From NCBI GenBank assembly GCA_002633005.1, contig NMRA01000261.1, positions 1 through 64,000 on the forward strand: a stretch of 64,000 bases of DNA. The letters run 5' to 3'. Positions within the stretch are counted from its first letter, which is position 1, and every line of letters begins with the position of its first letter. The DNA comes from Phoronis australis (Eukaryota; Animalia; Phoronida). Below, piece after piece: positions 23,301 through 34,982 of this stretch. Position numbers and translations under genes: made by a program. The notes under the pieces are model-generated. The model saw nothing but the letters and a program-made list of their open reading frames with translations, was not told the DNA's origin and searched no databases.

Positions 23301-26300
23301 AAGAGGCAAACGTAAAAAAATAAAATTGCCACAAGAGAAAACAGCGGTAGTTGGATAGGAGCACATCCGTCAAACTTTCAGGAAGATCCTACAAAGGGTC
23401 AATGAAATATAGCCGTAGACACAAAATAGAAAATCGCCACTAGGGGCACCACAGAAGCTGAACCCGTCCAAAATTCAAAATCAGCTGTGGTCTTCTCATC
23501 AGAAACACATCTGCCAATTTTCAAAATGTTCCTTAAGAGCGTTTGGCGAATAAAGAGGCAGACGCCAAATATGCCTACTAGATGGTGCAGAATAAGTCAA
23601 ATCCATCTGAAAATGAGAAGGCTACTGTCGTATCAGTAATAGAAACCTATTTGTCAAATTTCAAGAAAATCCATCAACGAACTCCAAAGATACAGCCAGG
23701 CAAACATAAAAAACTAAAATTGCCACTGGAGGCACACTGGTAGCTGAATCAGTCCAAAATTCATCGCCACCTGTCGTCTGCCTCACAGGCCAGCATCTAC
23801 CAAGTCTCATTAAGATCCTGCAAGGGGTTTAGGCGATACAGCAGCAGATTGCGGACACCCAGACGGATATGACAGCAATATGCTCACATGTGTGGGTGCC
23901 TAAAAATCTTCAAATGGTAATCAAAAACTGTGTGTAATTTCTCTGAGAAAACTTACCGTTTGCCCACATCAGCTATGACATCATTCAACTGATTGATCAG
24001 TTGGTCCAAACATACAGCTGCTTGTAGTTCTAGCACAGTCACCTTAGAAATAATTGGATAGAGTTCAATTTACATTTTTAGTAACTAAAAGTTGAAAATA
24101 AGACCAAATTTCAGACTAAAGTGCACAACAAGTATAAAAGTATGCGAAACCTTTCAAGTTCCTACACTATGTATCAAACCTTCAATTTAGAAATTCTTAA
24201 ACCAACTAAAGAAATTAAGCTCTTTTTGCTGACAGGCAACAACTCACAACTCGCAGGGAACAGCAGTTGTGTCTTACCTCTGCTGAAGTAGCTGTTTGTT
24301 GAAGTTCATTAAATGTTTTCTTAGGCACAAACCCATCAGCAACACTGACTCTTGTCCCTACATCAGATACATGTGAACCAATATCAACCATAATACCAGC
24401 ATCACAAACTAGTACCCCGTCTGTATTCACACCAATGTCCATAACACTCAAATCATCTGTCATCACACCAGTGTCCAGTAAGGAAGTATCCTCCAGCTTG
24501 GCCATTAGACCGATATCACACTTCTCCCTCTGACCATCAGTCATCAGTCCAATGTCCCGGCTTGAAACAACAGGAAGGTCAGTCATCAGACCCACATCAC
24601 ACTTCTGTATTCGAGCGGGACTCACTATACAAGCATCAGCCTCAGTCTCAGATAAGCTGGCACCCATTATACCCACGTCACTACCAGGAACTGTATGAAC
24701 AGGTACTGCCATTTCTTGGTAGACTGGACACAATCTGTCCATTGTCTTATTCATCACTTCTTTACATAGTGAGTCGGAATGTATTTGTTTTATGGGCATT
24801 TGAAGAGCACTATCCGTTTGAGTTCGAATGAAGCTTGAGGGACTGACCACAGGTGTCTCAACTGTTGACAGCGCCATACTGTCCGCATCAATCGAGAGAA
24901 TGGAAGATGTCATCTCAGAATCACCATCAGGCAAACAGACACCACTATCACCTGCCGCTGCAGTGAGACTGTTGATGGCAGCTGAACTGACAGACCTATC
25001 CAGATTGTGTGCAATGAAGACTGGGCTATTGGCATTCAGGGTCGTCACCAACGGAGAATGGTGAGCAGGACTAAATCCTCCGATGTCTTTACTCAATTTA
25101 TGACGCCATTTCATAAGTAATGACATGTTGCACCCATGCTCTTCTGCAGGTTTATCACAAGTCTGACACCAGTAAATAAGCTTGTAGGTCATCTCTTTAG
25201 ATTTGCTGCCTGTTGTCGTCTCAAGACTATCCACAAATTCACCTTCAATTTCATCTTTGGCTTGAGATATCACATCTTCAGCTAAGTTCCTCACTGTTCG
25301 CCCAAGGTGATCATATTCATTGACTATGTCTACAAACGGTCAAAACAAGCATGAAAAGCAGTCTCGGTAAGTGCAAAATGAATTTGATAACATTTTTTTT
25401 GTAATTGTATTGTCTCAGGTCCCCATTATGTCCCTGCTTGCCCACGTAATGTGTACCTTACGCTCCCCATTGTGTGAAACAGAATCCCTGTTTGTGTAAC
25501 CCATGTAAAACCGTAACACAGAGTTGTGTTTCAAAGAGGTTTTCATAACAGTTACTAGACTAACTGATCAATTACAAACTTTCCGTATTATTCGCATTGC
25601 TGACAACAAGGAACACTTCTACAATAAAGCCTGAACAATAACTAAAATTGACTGAAGTTGAAATCTCCTGCGATGTGGAAGCACAAATATATGCTGTGCC
25701 TGGTGAAAGAAACCTTGAAAATCCCAAGGTTTAAAATGTGTTAACTTTGTATTTTAGAAAATTTTAAGATTACGTAGCAGATTAATTCATGGCAATCCTT
25801 AGAAACATAAACATTGGCTATTGAGCGGCACATTTCCAATTCAGTCCAGACATTTCAATTCAATTTAAATGAAACAATCAAATCACAATAAATGTCGCTC
25901 AAATCTAGAGTAGTGAGTTAATTCATTATGTCATGTCATACAAGGCTACTATTGTGGGTGGCTGTTATGGGGTATGGGAGTTGGCAGGGGAAAAATGGGC
26001 TACTTCAAAGTACGATAAAATAACAATGAAACAGTTCAAAAAGCAAAACTTCACTTATGAGCTCCATTCCAACCACCATAGAAAACAGGTAGTCTGGTTA
26101 ACTTGTCTTATTTCAAGACTTGGTTTTCTGCTATTGTGTGAAATGGGGTGTCTCAATGTAATAATTCTATTACACAAACAGCGCTCACTATAACATTAAA
26201 TTTGAACATTTATTTATTGCCAAATTGAACAGCGTGCTAAAATACGTGGCACAAAACCTGGTTTAGTTCTGAAGAACAAACTTATATCAGGGCTTGGAAT

Positions 26301-29300
26301 GACCAATGACAAAAAACGCGGAAACTTTTACGGCCCAAATCATGCGCGCTACCCAGCCTTGAAATGGTCGATGTGAACCTTCCCCCGACAAAAATCGGGA
26401 AGACTAAAAAAAAAAAAACGTTACCACCATCAGTAGCATGCGTCTGCGTCCTTTTAGCTCGTCCATCCATTCCCAACCCACACATTTTTGGCTCCAGAGC
26501 CGTAGTATTTGTCGGCGCAGTTTACAATAACACGAGACGCCATTGAAAATCCCACCACGCTATCCCAGATGCCTCGGCAATGTTGACAATTTACGTTCCT
26601 CCGAAACATAAAGAGCAACTTCCGCTGTTCGAGGTGAACGTCGTCTGCAACGCCGCGGTAAGAAAGGAATTTGCCGCGGAAATTTTATATCAAATCCGAT
26701 TTTTTTTTATGCGGAAATATAATAAAATGCGCGGACAGAACATTTGAAAAAAGCGGAAATCCGCGTTTCCGCGGAAAATTCCAAGCCCTGTTATATGTGG
26801 CAAAAATATAAGGTTGAGACGAATTCATTATAACATCACAAAACCCACCCAGTACTTCATCAAAGTATTCCCATATAAGGTTGAAGGTGGGTTGGCATTC
26901 ATTATCCAGCGTTACAGCAAGGTAATCAAACGTTGCTAAATTGTGACTGCTCAGTTCTGGATGGTACGACTCTGAACTGCAGCTCACATAGGCTGCAATA
27001 AACAAACATCAAATAAGAACAGATCAATAGCCTTCCAAATCCTGTTCTGTTCATTAACAGCTGCTCACAGTGACTCCAATCCACAAACATCAAATGTGCA
27101 CAACCCCATGAAGTTCAGCAGATGTGTTCACTAACAACTGCTATCACAGGCTACAATCCCCAATCATAAAACATGAATAGAAGTGTTCACTGACTGCCAC
27201 CAGTTGGAACTAGACTACCATTACACCCAGATCACATACACAATTGTCTGAATACGTAATCAAGTATTACACTGCAATGATTTTCGCAAGCATTATTGAT
27301 ATCAACTAGAGATTTCTATTCCTCAAATATTATCTATTTCCTGTAGCCAAGGAAACAATTTTCCAGTTGCTATACTTTCATGTAAGGGAATTTTAAGTTC
27401 TTACAGAGATTATGTACCCAACTGATAATGAACATATGAAGAATCTGAATCCACCTTCAACTTACTGCTTGACAGGAAACTAACTCGAACGCAAATTATT
27501 TCACAAGTTAGACAGGGAAGAAACAAGTTACAGGATATGGCATGCAAAACCGTTTTACCATTTTTTTGTCTAAAAGGCCAACTCAAGTTACTGTAGACTG
27601 TTACCTGATGTAAAACTGTTCTTTATCTCCGTAATCTTGTCAGTAGCAACTAACATGTCACCAGGCATTTCCCTTTCACATACAGGTTCTCTGGGCAAGG
27701 TATCCAATTGGATGACATGGTGCATGCATGCATGTGCCAATCCTGGGTCACTGTAGGTCAGCGTAGTTAGGGATGAAGTAACGTCAGATGACGAAACGGG
27801 TTCACACAACGTGGACAGATCCTGGGATATTGTGTTAGTAAACCAAGGTTCAGCGTCGCTAAAGTTGGACTCGTACGAAGTGTTACCTTTAGTAAAACGG
27901 GGCAACTGTTAGAAAGCAAGCTTGATTTAGGCCGTAATATGAATACTGAACCAAGTAACGCTTTTATTCACCACATGCTGAGAAGCTGTTAATTTTCATT
28001 ACACGCCACTTTACAAGACACACTAATTACAGAATGTTTACAGTTAAATGAAGAAATGATGGTTATTTTAACATATCAAACTGTTGAGACTTAAACAATT
28101 ATGTGTCACAATGTGGTATTAAGGCAGAACTTGGGATTGAATCGAAGAAGTCGATTTTGGAAGAGCTGGTCAACACTATGTCTAACAGAATTGTGGTTTG
28201 TGGCAATGGAAACTATCATGGTTGGGAAACAATCAAATCCAATATTTTAAGCACATGGGCTTCATTTTTCCTCATATATTTCAAACTGCTAAGCATATTA
28301 GAAAAACGATACGACAAAGTGGATAACACTGCACTTCCATTACCAGAGTATTTACAGCAAGGTGACAGACAGTCATAATCTTGCTCCATTCTTGTTCCAC
28401 AATCAGTGTTCAATACTGCCATGCACAGATCACTCTTCTCTGTGTTCCCCCCAGTAGTGCTTACTGCGAAAACTCTGTAATGATACAACAACATGCACAA
28501 GTCAACTGCATGGTAGAATCAACAACAAGAATACATAGACTTAACAGATTCCAAGTGCCAATAGTTACACTCACTAATTCAAGGCACAATAAACTTTGAT
28601 ACCATGCTGAAGACCAAAAATCTCCTTATCATGCGCGCACTCAGGGGGGGGAGCAATGTGGGCAAAAAGGTCCGCCTAAGAGAGACAAAAAGTCAGAGAA
28701 AATGAGGCATAAGTCTATTAAACATGCAAAAACAAGCAATTCACAGAGGTGCTCCCGTTTTTTTTTTATTTTTTTGTTTCTTTTTTAGTCCGCCCGCTTT
28801 TTTGTTACCAAAAGGTCCACAAAGCCAGGAATCCGAGCCCCCCATATTGAAGGCCGGGTGCGCGCAAACAAACTTTTTCTTAACATTTGGATTCCAAGAG
28901 ATGCATTAAATTTAAGATGCCTGAAGAAACAACAGGAAACCAAGTTTTCAATCCTGACTTGTTTTGGCACGAACATCCACCATTCTCAAGATGCATTCAA
29001 CTTGGGGTTGGATATCCAAACATCATTAGATAAACAATATAGAGAAGCACAAGAATGGGGCAAGGCACATTCACAATGAAGAGATACAGCGATGTCTGAG
29101 ACTCGACGTGCAAAATGTTTCTATTGAAACATTTAGTTGTCTTTATTCAGTCACTAGTGTTACTAGTCAAAAACCTTTGACAACACTATAAAAGCACACT
29201 CACACATCGCTTCAGTCCCTCACACATCGTGTCCATCACTCACACATTGCCTCCATCACTCAGACATTATCTCGATCACTCACATATCACCTCCATCACT

Positions 29301-31584
29301 CACACATCACCTCTATGACTCACACATCGCCTCCATCACTCCCTACGTCCAGGGTCCTTCGCTTTCTCAAGGCCATCTTTGTACCATCCATTTCAAAATA
29401 GTTGGAGGTAAGAAGGAACTCTCGGATGCTTCCGTAAGACATCATAATACGCCGACAGTTGGCAGGTTGTTTAATGAACAAATTCAATATCTGCTCATCA
29501 GTCAATTCCATGGGGCCATAAATGTTAAACAAACTGGCAAATTTCCTGCAATAAAAACAAAATAATAAACAAATGTCGACAAAATTAGATTCAACAATGT
29601 GTCACTGGACAAGAGCTGACCATGAAAATACAGTTGTTTCTTCAAATTTAAACAAAATTCCAAAATTCTCATCTCTCAAATCTGTAACTGAAAGCTTGAA
29701 CATTGGTTAATGTACTCTATTCAGTCTTTAACTATGTGCAGTGCCATGGTAGCTATACAATTTACCACTTGTAAGATGATGGAAATATCTCTTCCTAATA
29801 TATTTGGTTGAGAAATTTGACAACACAAACTTCTCTTTTCTGCCGTACATTGGTATACGTTGAAGAAGCTTCATCGTAGTTAACTCAGTCATACTAAAAC
29901 AACTAGATCACTATGCCGCTTGCTAATCTTAGTGATGTTTCAGAATAAATGCACCTTGTAAGTCTATTTCAGAAAGTTACATTATTAATAAAATAGATTT
30001 AAGGTTGTTACATCCAAGTAGGTCTCTCTTTCTATCAACAATGATAAGCAAAGCAAGGGCCTCATGGTTGAACAATATTTCCACTCGTGTGATGGACTTT
30101 TATATTACAAATAAATCCAGGTGTCATTTTAAAGCATGTAAAATAAGTTTAGAGAAACGAGCGCAAGACGCATTTGAGGTTGAGAAACTGCAATAAAGTA
30201 AATTGAGGAACACTAACTCTGGAGGATTTTTATGATAGGCAAAGCAAGGACCTCTTTGTTGAACAATATTTCTACTCATGTGATGGAATCTTATATTACA
30301 AATAAATCCAGGTAAGCATGTCAAAAATGTGTAGAGAAACAAGTGCAAGACGCATTTGAAGAACTGCAATAAAGTAAATTGAGGAACACTAACTCATCAC
30401 AATAGAGGATTTTTAGAAATTTTAGTGAGACTTCAAAGTGGATAAATTAAAATTAAGAACAACTCAGAAGAACCTGAAAGGCTAACTACATCCTACCTCC
30501 ACAGCTTGTGAACAATATGATCAACATTCAAGTCACCAACATCACTTGTAGTCGTACTACAGGAGTCTTCAGCTGTACATACTACAGTTGTCATACTCGG
30601 AGAAAAGGTGTCTATAGTGGTCACATTATCAGTTACTTCTGAACCACTAATCTCAGTAGTCTCATATGCTGGCATTATAAAGGATGATGACATGTCTTGT
30701 ACAAGATGGACATCTGGCAGCCTGAATGATCCATCATCCTGCATCAAGTATGTATCTGGTGTTTCTTCAGTTTTTAGTGCAGCAGGATGAAATACAGGAG
30801 CCTCTGGACTTAATCCTGAAGAAGTCCGCTGCACAGGTGGGCTGCTGGCAAGTGGTTGCTGGTTACAAGGTACTTTCATATTAGTGACACCATAGAGAGA
30901 CATGACAGGGGACTCCACAGCGAGATCCGAATCAATTGAATCTGGCACTTTTGAAGGCCAGAAGGACGATGTTGGCATTTGACCATCAATGTAGGCAACA
31001 GTTGAGCGAACACTGTGTGACGTGTACACAACTGGGCCAGAATTGTTTTCAACAAGATGTTGTTGTCGAGGATCAGAAGATTCCAGAGTGTCATCTGGGT
31101 CACGTGAGGGACCAGATACTGATAACCAATCAACACTTCCGTAGCAGTTCTGTGAGACTTGGGGACTATGTGGCCAATTGGATACATTGTCACAAGGTGG
31201 CACGCGTGCACTGCACACAAATTCAGTAGGCCTACGTTTCGTCAAGGCTCGATGTGCTGGTCTGCCTGGTGGCTGAGGCTGCATAATACACTTTGTGGAG
31301 TTGTTTGTAATGGGCTGTGCCAGCAGAGGTGTTTCTGGGACGTGCATGGGATACATGGAGTGTCCATACGGTAGCTGGTGGATACAAGAATGAGAAGGAA
31401 CCATCAGGCTTGCTGGTACAGGTGATGTCACTGGTGGCGAATACACCAACCTCATTGGGTGTGGGGATATTCCTGACTGTGGCGACGCTTCAGAATGATG
31501 CACTGCTTGGTATGATGCAACATGAGCATGACTTTGGGCATGTGGAACCACAGGTGGAGCTACATGCATGTAGTAGTGCGCCAT
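8303..31584 (-). CDS. TTC3/DZIP3-like RING-H2 E3 ubiquitin ligase with tandem CCCH fingers. Exons 31584-30497, 29545-29324, 28474-28344, 27886-27605, 25329-24278, 24042-23957, 20579-20496(N), (N)20494-16453, 14855-14567, 11841-11704, 10947-10707, 10004-9768, 9033-8950, 8398-8303
   Basis: All junctions are phase-compatible except across the N at 20495. TTC3-like segments: FNIYGPMELTDEQIL..F..QP...RRIMMSYGSIREFLLTSNYFEMDGTKMALRK; SAEVTVLE coiled coil; SFEKLVTRMMEQFPDFTRADVIHVITRIRTSHGSLNGLPLHKIV. C-terminal RING-H2 followed by CPTCRQHALFPEEFP, as in DZIP3. Confidence 0.85.
8950..9033 (-). CDS. RING-H2 first-half exon (PDDCVVCFDSLKYGELKSLDCGHEFHLE)
   Basis: ttttcag|CCT ... GAG|gtaggg, phase 0/0, C-x2-C..C-x-H-x2-H. 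Confidence 0.92.
9768..10004 (-). CDS. Exon completing CCCH finger 2 (CCYAHGYSELR...TATDEE)
   Basis: ttctag|TGT acceptor, 79 open codons, GC donor GAG|gcaagt in phase with the RING exon. Confidence 0.8.
10707..10947 (-). CDS. CCCH zinc-finger exon (KSLLC-x8-C-x5-C-x3-H; KTQLC...)
   Basis: CNSFMSRGFCSKGSSCTFAHG and KTQLCSRFMSKVGCTYGPK|gtaagt. Confidence 0.9.
11704..11841 (-). CDS. Exon of the TTC3/DZIP3-like helical domain (ADVIHVITRIRTSHGSLNGLPLHKIVEEAV)
   Basis: cctgcag| acceptor and AA|gtaggc donor, phase 2/2. Confidence 0.85.
13106..13634. other. Assembly gap (529 N)
   Basis: Run of N. Confidence 1.
13635..14545. mobile_element. Non-autonomous Helentron/HINE-like interspersed repeat; related copies at ~10450-10680, ~11070-11360 and ~23020-23905
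   Basis: Shared subrepeats (aaaaaactaaaattgccac, tgccaaatttcatgaa, aagggttttggagata), (GGAC)n microsatellite at 13833-13866, terminal hairpin atgcgtccacatat-aa-atatgtgggcgcat at 13880-13909. The class is inferred from this architecture. Confidence 0.65.
14567..14855 (-). CDS. Exon (..WQQVGVKKKK..KSSSFEKLVTRMMEQFPDFTR)
   Basis: atccag|GA acceptor in phase 1, AG|gtacat donor in phase 2. Confidence 0.85.
16453..20494 (-). CDS. Giant low-complexity Ser/Pro/Thr-rich exon (5' end lost at N 20495)
   Basis: More than 4 kb of open frame; donor CCA G|gtaaga in phase 1 matches the next exon. Confidence 0.85.
17600..18280 (-). repeat. Degenerate 60-bp coding repeat (~11 x 20 aa, PSSVVTPxSSTHLPPSLIPL)
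   Basis: 60-nt periodicity is visible line by line. Confidence 0.9.
18899..20494 (-). repeat. 63-bp coding tandem repeat, ~25.3 identical copies (NVPDRLTETESKTSPSALSSS)
   Basis: Directly visible; degenerate copies at 18720-18898. Confidence 0.97.
23020..23905. mobile_element. Copy of the Helentron/HINE-like repeat family
   Basis: Same subrepeats as 13635-14545 and a terminal atgctcacatgtgtgggtgcctaaaaa. Confidence 0.6.
23957..24042 (-). CDS. Coiled-coil exon (VTVLELQAAVCLDQLINQLNDVIADVGK)
   Basis: ttctaag|GTG ... CG|gtaagt; continues SAE|VTVLE like TTC3 AAEVSVLE. Confidence 0.8.
24278..25329 (-). CDS. Large exon with DxGxMTD motif array
   Basis: ttgtag|AC acceptor in phase 1, GAG|gtaaga donor in phase 0, open frame of 350 codons. 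Confidence 0.85.
26288..26790. mobile_element. MITE with 13-bp TIR and apparent 6-bp TSD
   Basis: cagggcttggaat ... attccaagccctg, flanked on both sides by ttatat; internal cgcggaaa repeats. Confidence 0.85.
28630..28868. mobile_element. Probable small MITE
   Basis: Imperfect inverted ends tgcgcgcac / gtgcgcgca with G-run and C-run subtermini; no clear TSD. Confidence 0.45.
29198..29340. repeat. 20-bp tandem repeat (~7 copies, cacacatcgcctccatcact) spanning an exon-intron junction
   Basis: Directly visible; the copy next to the exon supplies the donor GT|gtgagt at 29324. Confidence 0.9.
29324..29545 (-). CDS. Exon with TTC3-like winged-helix-type domain
   Basis: ttgcag|G acceptor; resembles TTC3 EHGPLDM...FPEETRQILEKAGGLKPFLLGCPRFVVIDNCIALKK (from memory). 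Confidence 0.85.
30045..30397. repeat. Diverged ~190-bp tandem duplication (intronic)
   Basis: gcaaagcaagg..gttgaacaatattt..tatattacaaataaatccagg..gcaataaagtaaattgaggaacactaactc occurs twice. Confidence 0.85.
30497..31584 (-). CDS. First coding exon, His/Pro/Ser-rich N-terminus (exon starts at 31604)
   Basis: tttcag| acceptor at 31605/31604, ATG at 31584, donor AG|gtagga in phase 2. Confidence 0.8.
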
Positions 31585-33554
31585 CTGTGGGGCGCCAACC
31601 TTGTCTGAAACAGAAACCCCCGACCTTGAAAATAATTGATGAAGCAGTGAATGAACAGAATTGACAGCTTTGTTTTTGATTTCTGGATTGGAGGACTACT
31701 ATGCAAGATGTAAGGAGCCATATGGCGTGCTTGGATTCCTCATGAGCAGTAAGTATCAAAAATCTCCCACTAAGATGAACTTTATTGGATGTTTTTCTTT
31801 GTGACTCATAATTATTTTAAATGAAAATGTTGACATGCCTTTGGCGGACAAGTGGTTATGGAATATCACATTATTAAGTTGTATCAACAGTAAATTTTGA
31901 AAACCTACGTTCTTATCTGACCACCATCCTCAAACTGTGAACCTATCAATGGTGTTTATTGTGTTTTCAATCAAGGACTCAGACCTTGTTGGTCTGCCCA
32001 TTGTAACTCAGGTGAACATTGCATTTACAGTCAACATTCAGTCATTCTTGAGCAGCACAATTTTAAACCTGGCAAGAACACAGGGCCCTTGATCCCATGA
32101 AATTGGGGCCGAATATCAACACCGTTCCCCTCTCAAAAATATTTTAAAAATCGCACATAATTTTCACCATTTGGTCAGAAAATTTCCCAATGAATAGAGA
32201 AAAATTACCCTTGTGGTTTTAGCCTCAGACAACCTCAAAAGTATCGTATACAAACCCACTGACTTTAATTAAGACGAGCAGTATGACAATGGTAATACAT
32301 CGCATGCTATTTATCGTTTAACTGAAAGTTGATACTTGCTTATTTATAAAATGGTACAAAGCAGTGTGTAAATAAATATCTAAGAAATTTCCCTCTAAGT
32401 AAAAAATGACACGAAAAGCCTCTGAGTAAACTACGTCGCGAAAATTCCCCTTTTAGAAGGTACAGGCACCTTTCCCTTTAGGTGAGTGAGAGGCTTGGAA
32501 CAGGATCTCCACTTGCAGTAAATCACAATTTATTTCATACTGTCACCTCATTCTGAACAACCAAAATAATTTAGAAAAATATTTTGTTCCTCATGTATTT
32601 AACACGAGAGTACTTGGTGGGAAATTCTTGCCTCACCAAATTCTCAGTCAGTTTTGCATCTAAGAATCCTGGTACACAACTGTAGAGAGCTGTGTTATGT
32701 AATGAGGTCTAAACACTATATATTCACATCTACAGGTCATCTTGGACCTTATCAAGTCTGTATTTGATGACCACGTTCAATTCGTCAAGAATTTAAATTT
32801 TGCAAATATTTTTGAAAATCATGCCAGCATTTTTTAAATCTTGCGTAGATTTTCTGGACATCTTGCCAAGACTTTCCAGAAATCTGCAAAGGATCGTGGA
32901 CTGCAAAAAGCCCACCCCTGAAAAAATTTATTTCAACTTTGCAGTTGCACCCCCTGTTCATTGCCCAGGACCATGGCAGCCAGTTACACAAATACGGTGT
33001 TTTGTCTAATAGTTCAGAAACTCTATAAGTTTGTACACGGCCCTTGAAACTAGTTACAATAGGGATTCAACTGATGTTCCCTAAATTTTCAGCACTTCTG
33101 AGGAATTTGTACAAAAAGTGGTTGTTCTTTCTTTTGCTATATTATTTGCATTGCACCATCAAGTTTTAGCTTAAATACACAGACAAAATAAGCTCTACAT
33201 TTACATGCAATATCCTTAATTTAAGGACTCAAAATTTAAAGAACGGAGTCGAGTCTCTATTGGGACGTATCATGCAACAGACTGCATATTGCCACTCATT
33301 TTCTCGCCCCTCAATCGGTAACAGTTTCATGTTTGATGACGAATACTTCCAGATGTGGTAGTAGATAACATGCTTCATTTTGTAGTTACGATATCATACA
33401 GAAAACAAACTGTCTCAGTAAAAAACAGCTTCGTGTCCTGCTTCCAGTGTACAATGTGGTCATCCATCACTCAATGCATTTGATTCTTCTATACATACTT
33501 ATATTAATTTCACCATGAAAACAATGAATAGTCATTAATTGTTAAATAATTATT

Positions 33555-34612
33555 TATTTTGTCAGACATAAATCCGAATTATGTCTGACAAAAATTCCCA
33601 AAATTTAATAAACCAGACTTAATAATGTCTGATATACAATAATTTATGTCTGAATAACTCTCGATTAACGTCGTACATAATTCATTATGACAAACATAAT
33701 CTTATTTTTAATATAAATGAGATTAATATCCACCATTACTCTATTTGTACGACTCGCATAAATTGTATTTATGTCTGACATAAGTCAGCCAGTGATAATT
33801 GTTGAAACATTCTCCACGTGTCCTACGGACTACGCAGATTTTCTGCAAAGTTTTATGCAAGATGTGAACCAAGTGTGTTAGACCGTAGTTCATTCATTGA
33901 TGAAAGCCTCAGCATTAAAAACATTAACAGCATGCCAAGAATTGTAACGTGACACTTGGCTTACATCAAAATCCAATTGCTGCCAGCAGGTGGTTTGGTA
34001 ATTGGCCTAATTATGTTGCACACCCAGCAGAATTAACGAGGAACATATTATTGTAATATTAAAAAAACATTTTAGGTTGTAAATGTCACATTTCTTGTCC
34101 AGTTTTCAAAATTCAAAAACCAAATTACATGTGCTTTTCACGAAAAGTTCAAAACAAAAATTTAAAAATACTACTGTCGCCCCCAATGGGTTTATGAAGG
34201 GTCACATTATCTAGAGAACGATAACATCAGCAGCCAGCAGGCGATTTAATCAAGCATGGTGTTTTTGGTCTAAACCGGCAGATTCTGAGGTACACCAACT
34301 GGTTGAGTTGGCCAATCTCGACCAGTTGGGGTATCAATGTAGGATTCCCTTCATGAGGGTATTGAATCAGCTAAAAACATTGCAGACTAAATCAGTGAGT
34401 GTATACATTGACCATTCTGATTGGCTGACTTGTCGGACATAAATACGATTTATAACAGTACATATTGAAGTTATTCATGCCTAATATAAATAGAATTATG
34501 GTTGACAATAAAAAATTGCACGGTACTGTTTGAGAATTATGTGTGACATAAATCAGTTTATGTCAGAAATAATTCCGATTTGTCAGACATAAATTGGAAT
34601 TATGTTGCAGTG
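33555..34612. repeat. Foldback/MITE-like element with many tgtcagacataaat / ttatgtctgaca subrepeats
   Basis: Inverted subrepeats cluster at 33560-33790 and 34430-34605; the right end reads ttgcagtg. Confidence 0.55.
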
Positions 34613-34982
34613 TGCACAGCACATCCGATTATAGTACTGTCTGTCATAAGTTCACTGGATGAGTAAAACATGAAAAGTACAGCCAGATATAGCAGCTAGA
34701 TGGCAGTTTATCTTAATTTTCGCTGCTTTGGCATTCCATAGCCAGATAGCTAAAACCTTCAGAACTGAGCCCACTTTAGTTTTCAACAACGGCTGAACTG
34801 AGCCTAGTGAGAGTTATTTCTAGCACTAACTAGGTATCGCCAGTCATCTAGCTGTATAGTGTAGGAATACTAACATCAATTCAAAATATTTGTAGGCCTA
34901 CGATTTTTGCACCAAACCATTGTGTCTGACGTCACATTTTATTAACTTTGCAACTGGCAGTAAAAATCACGTCAACTGTTAC

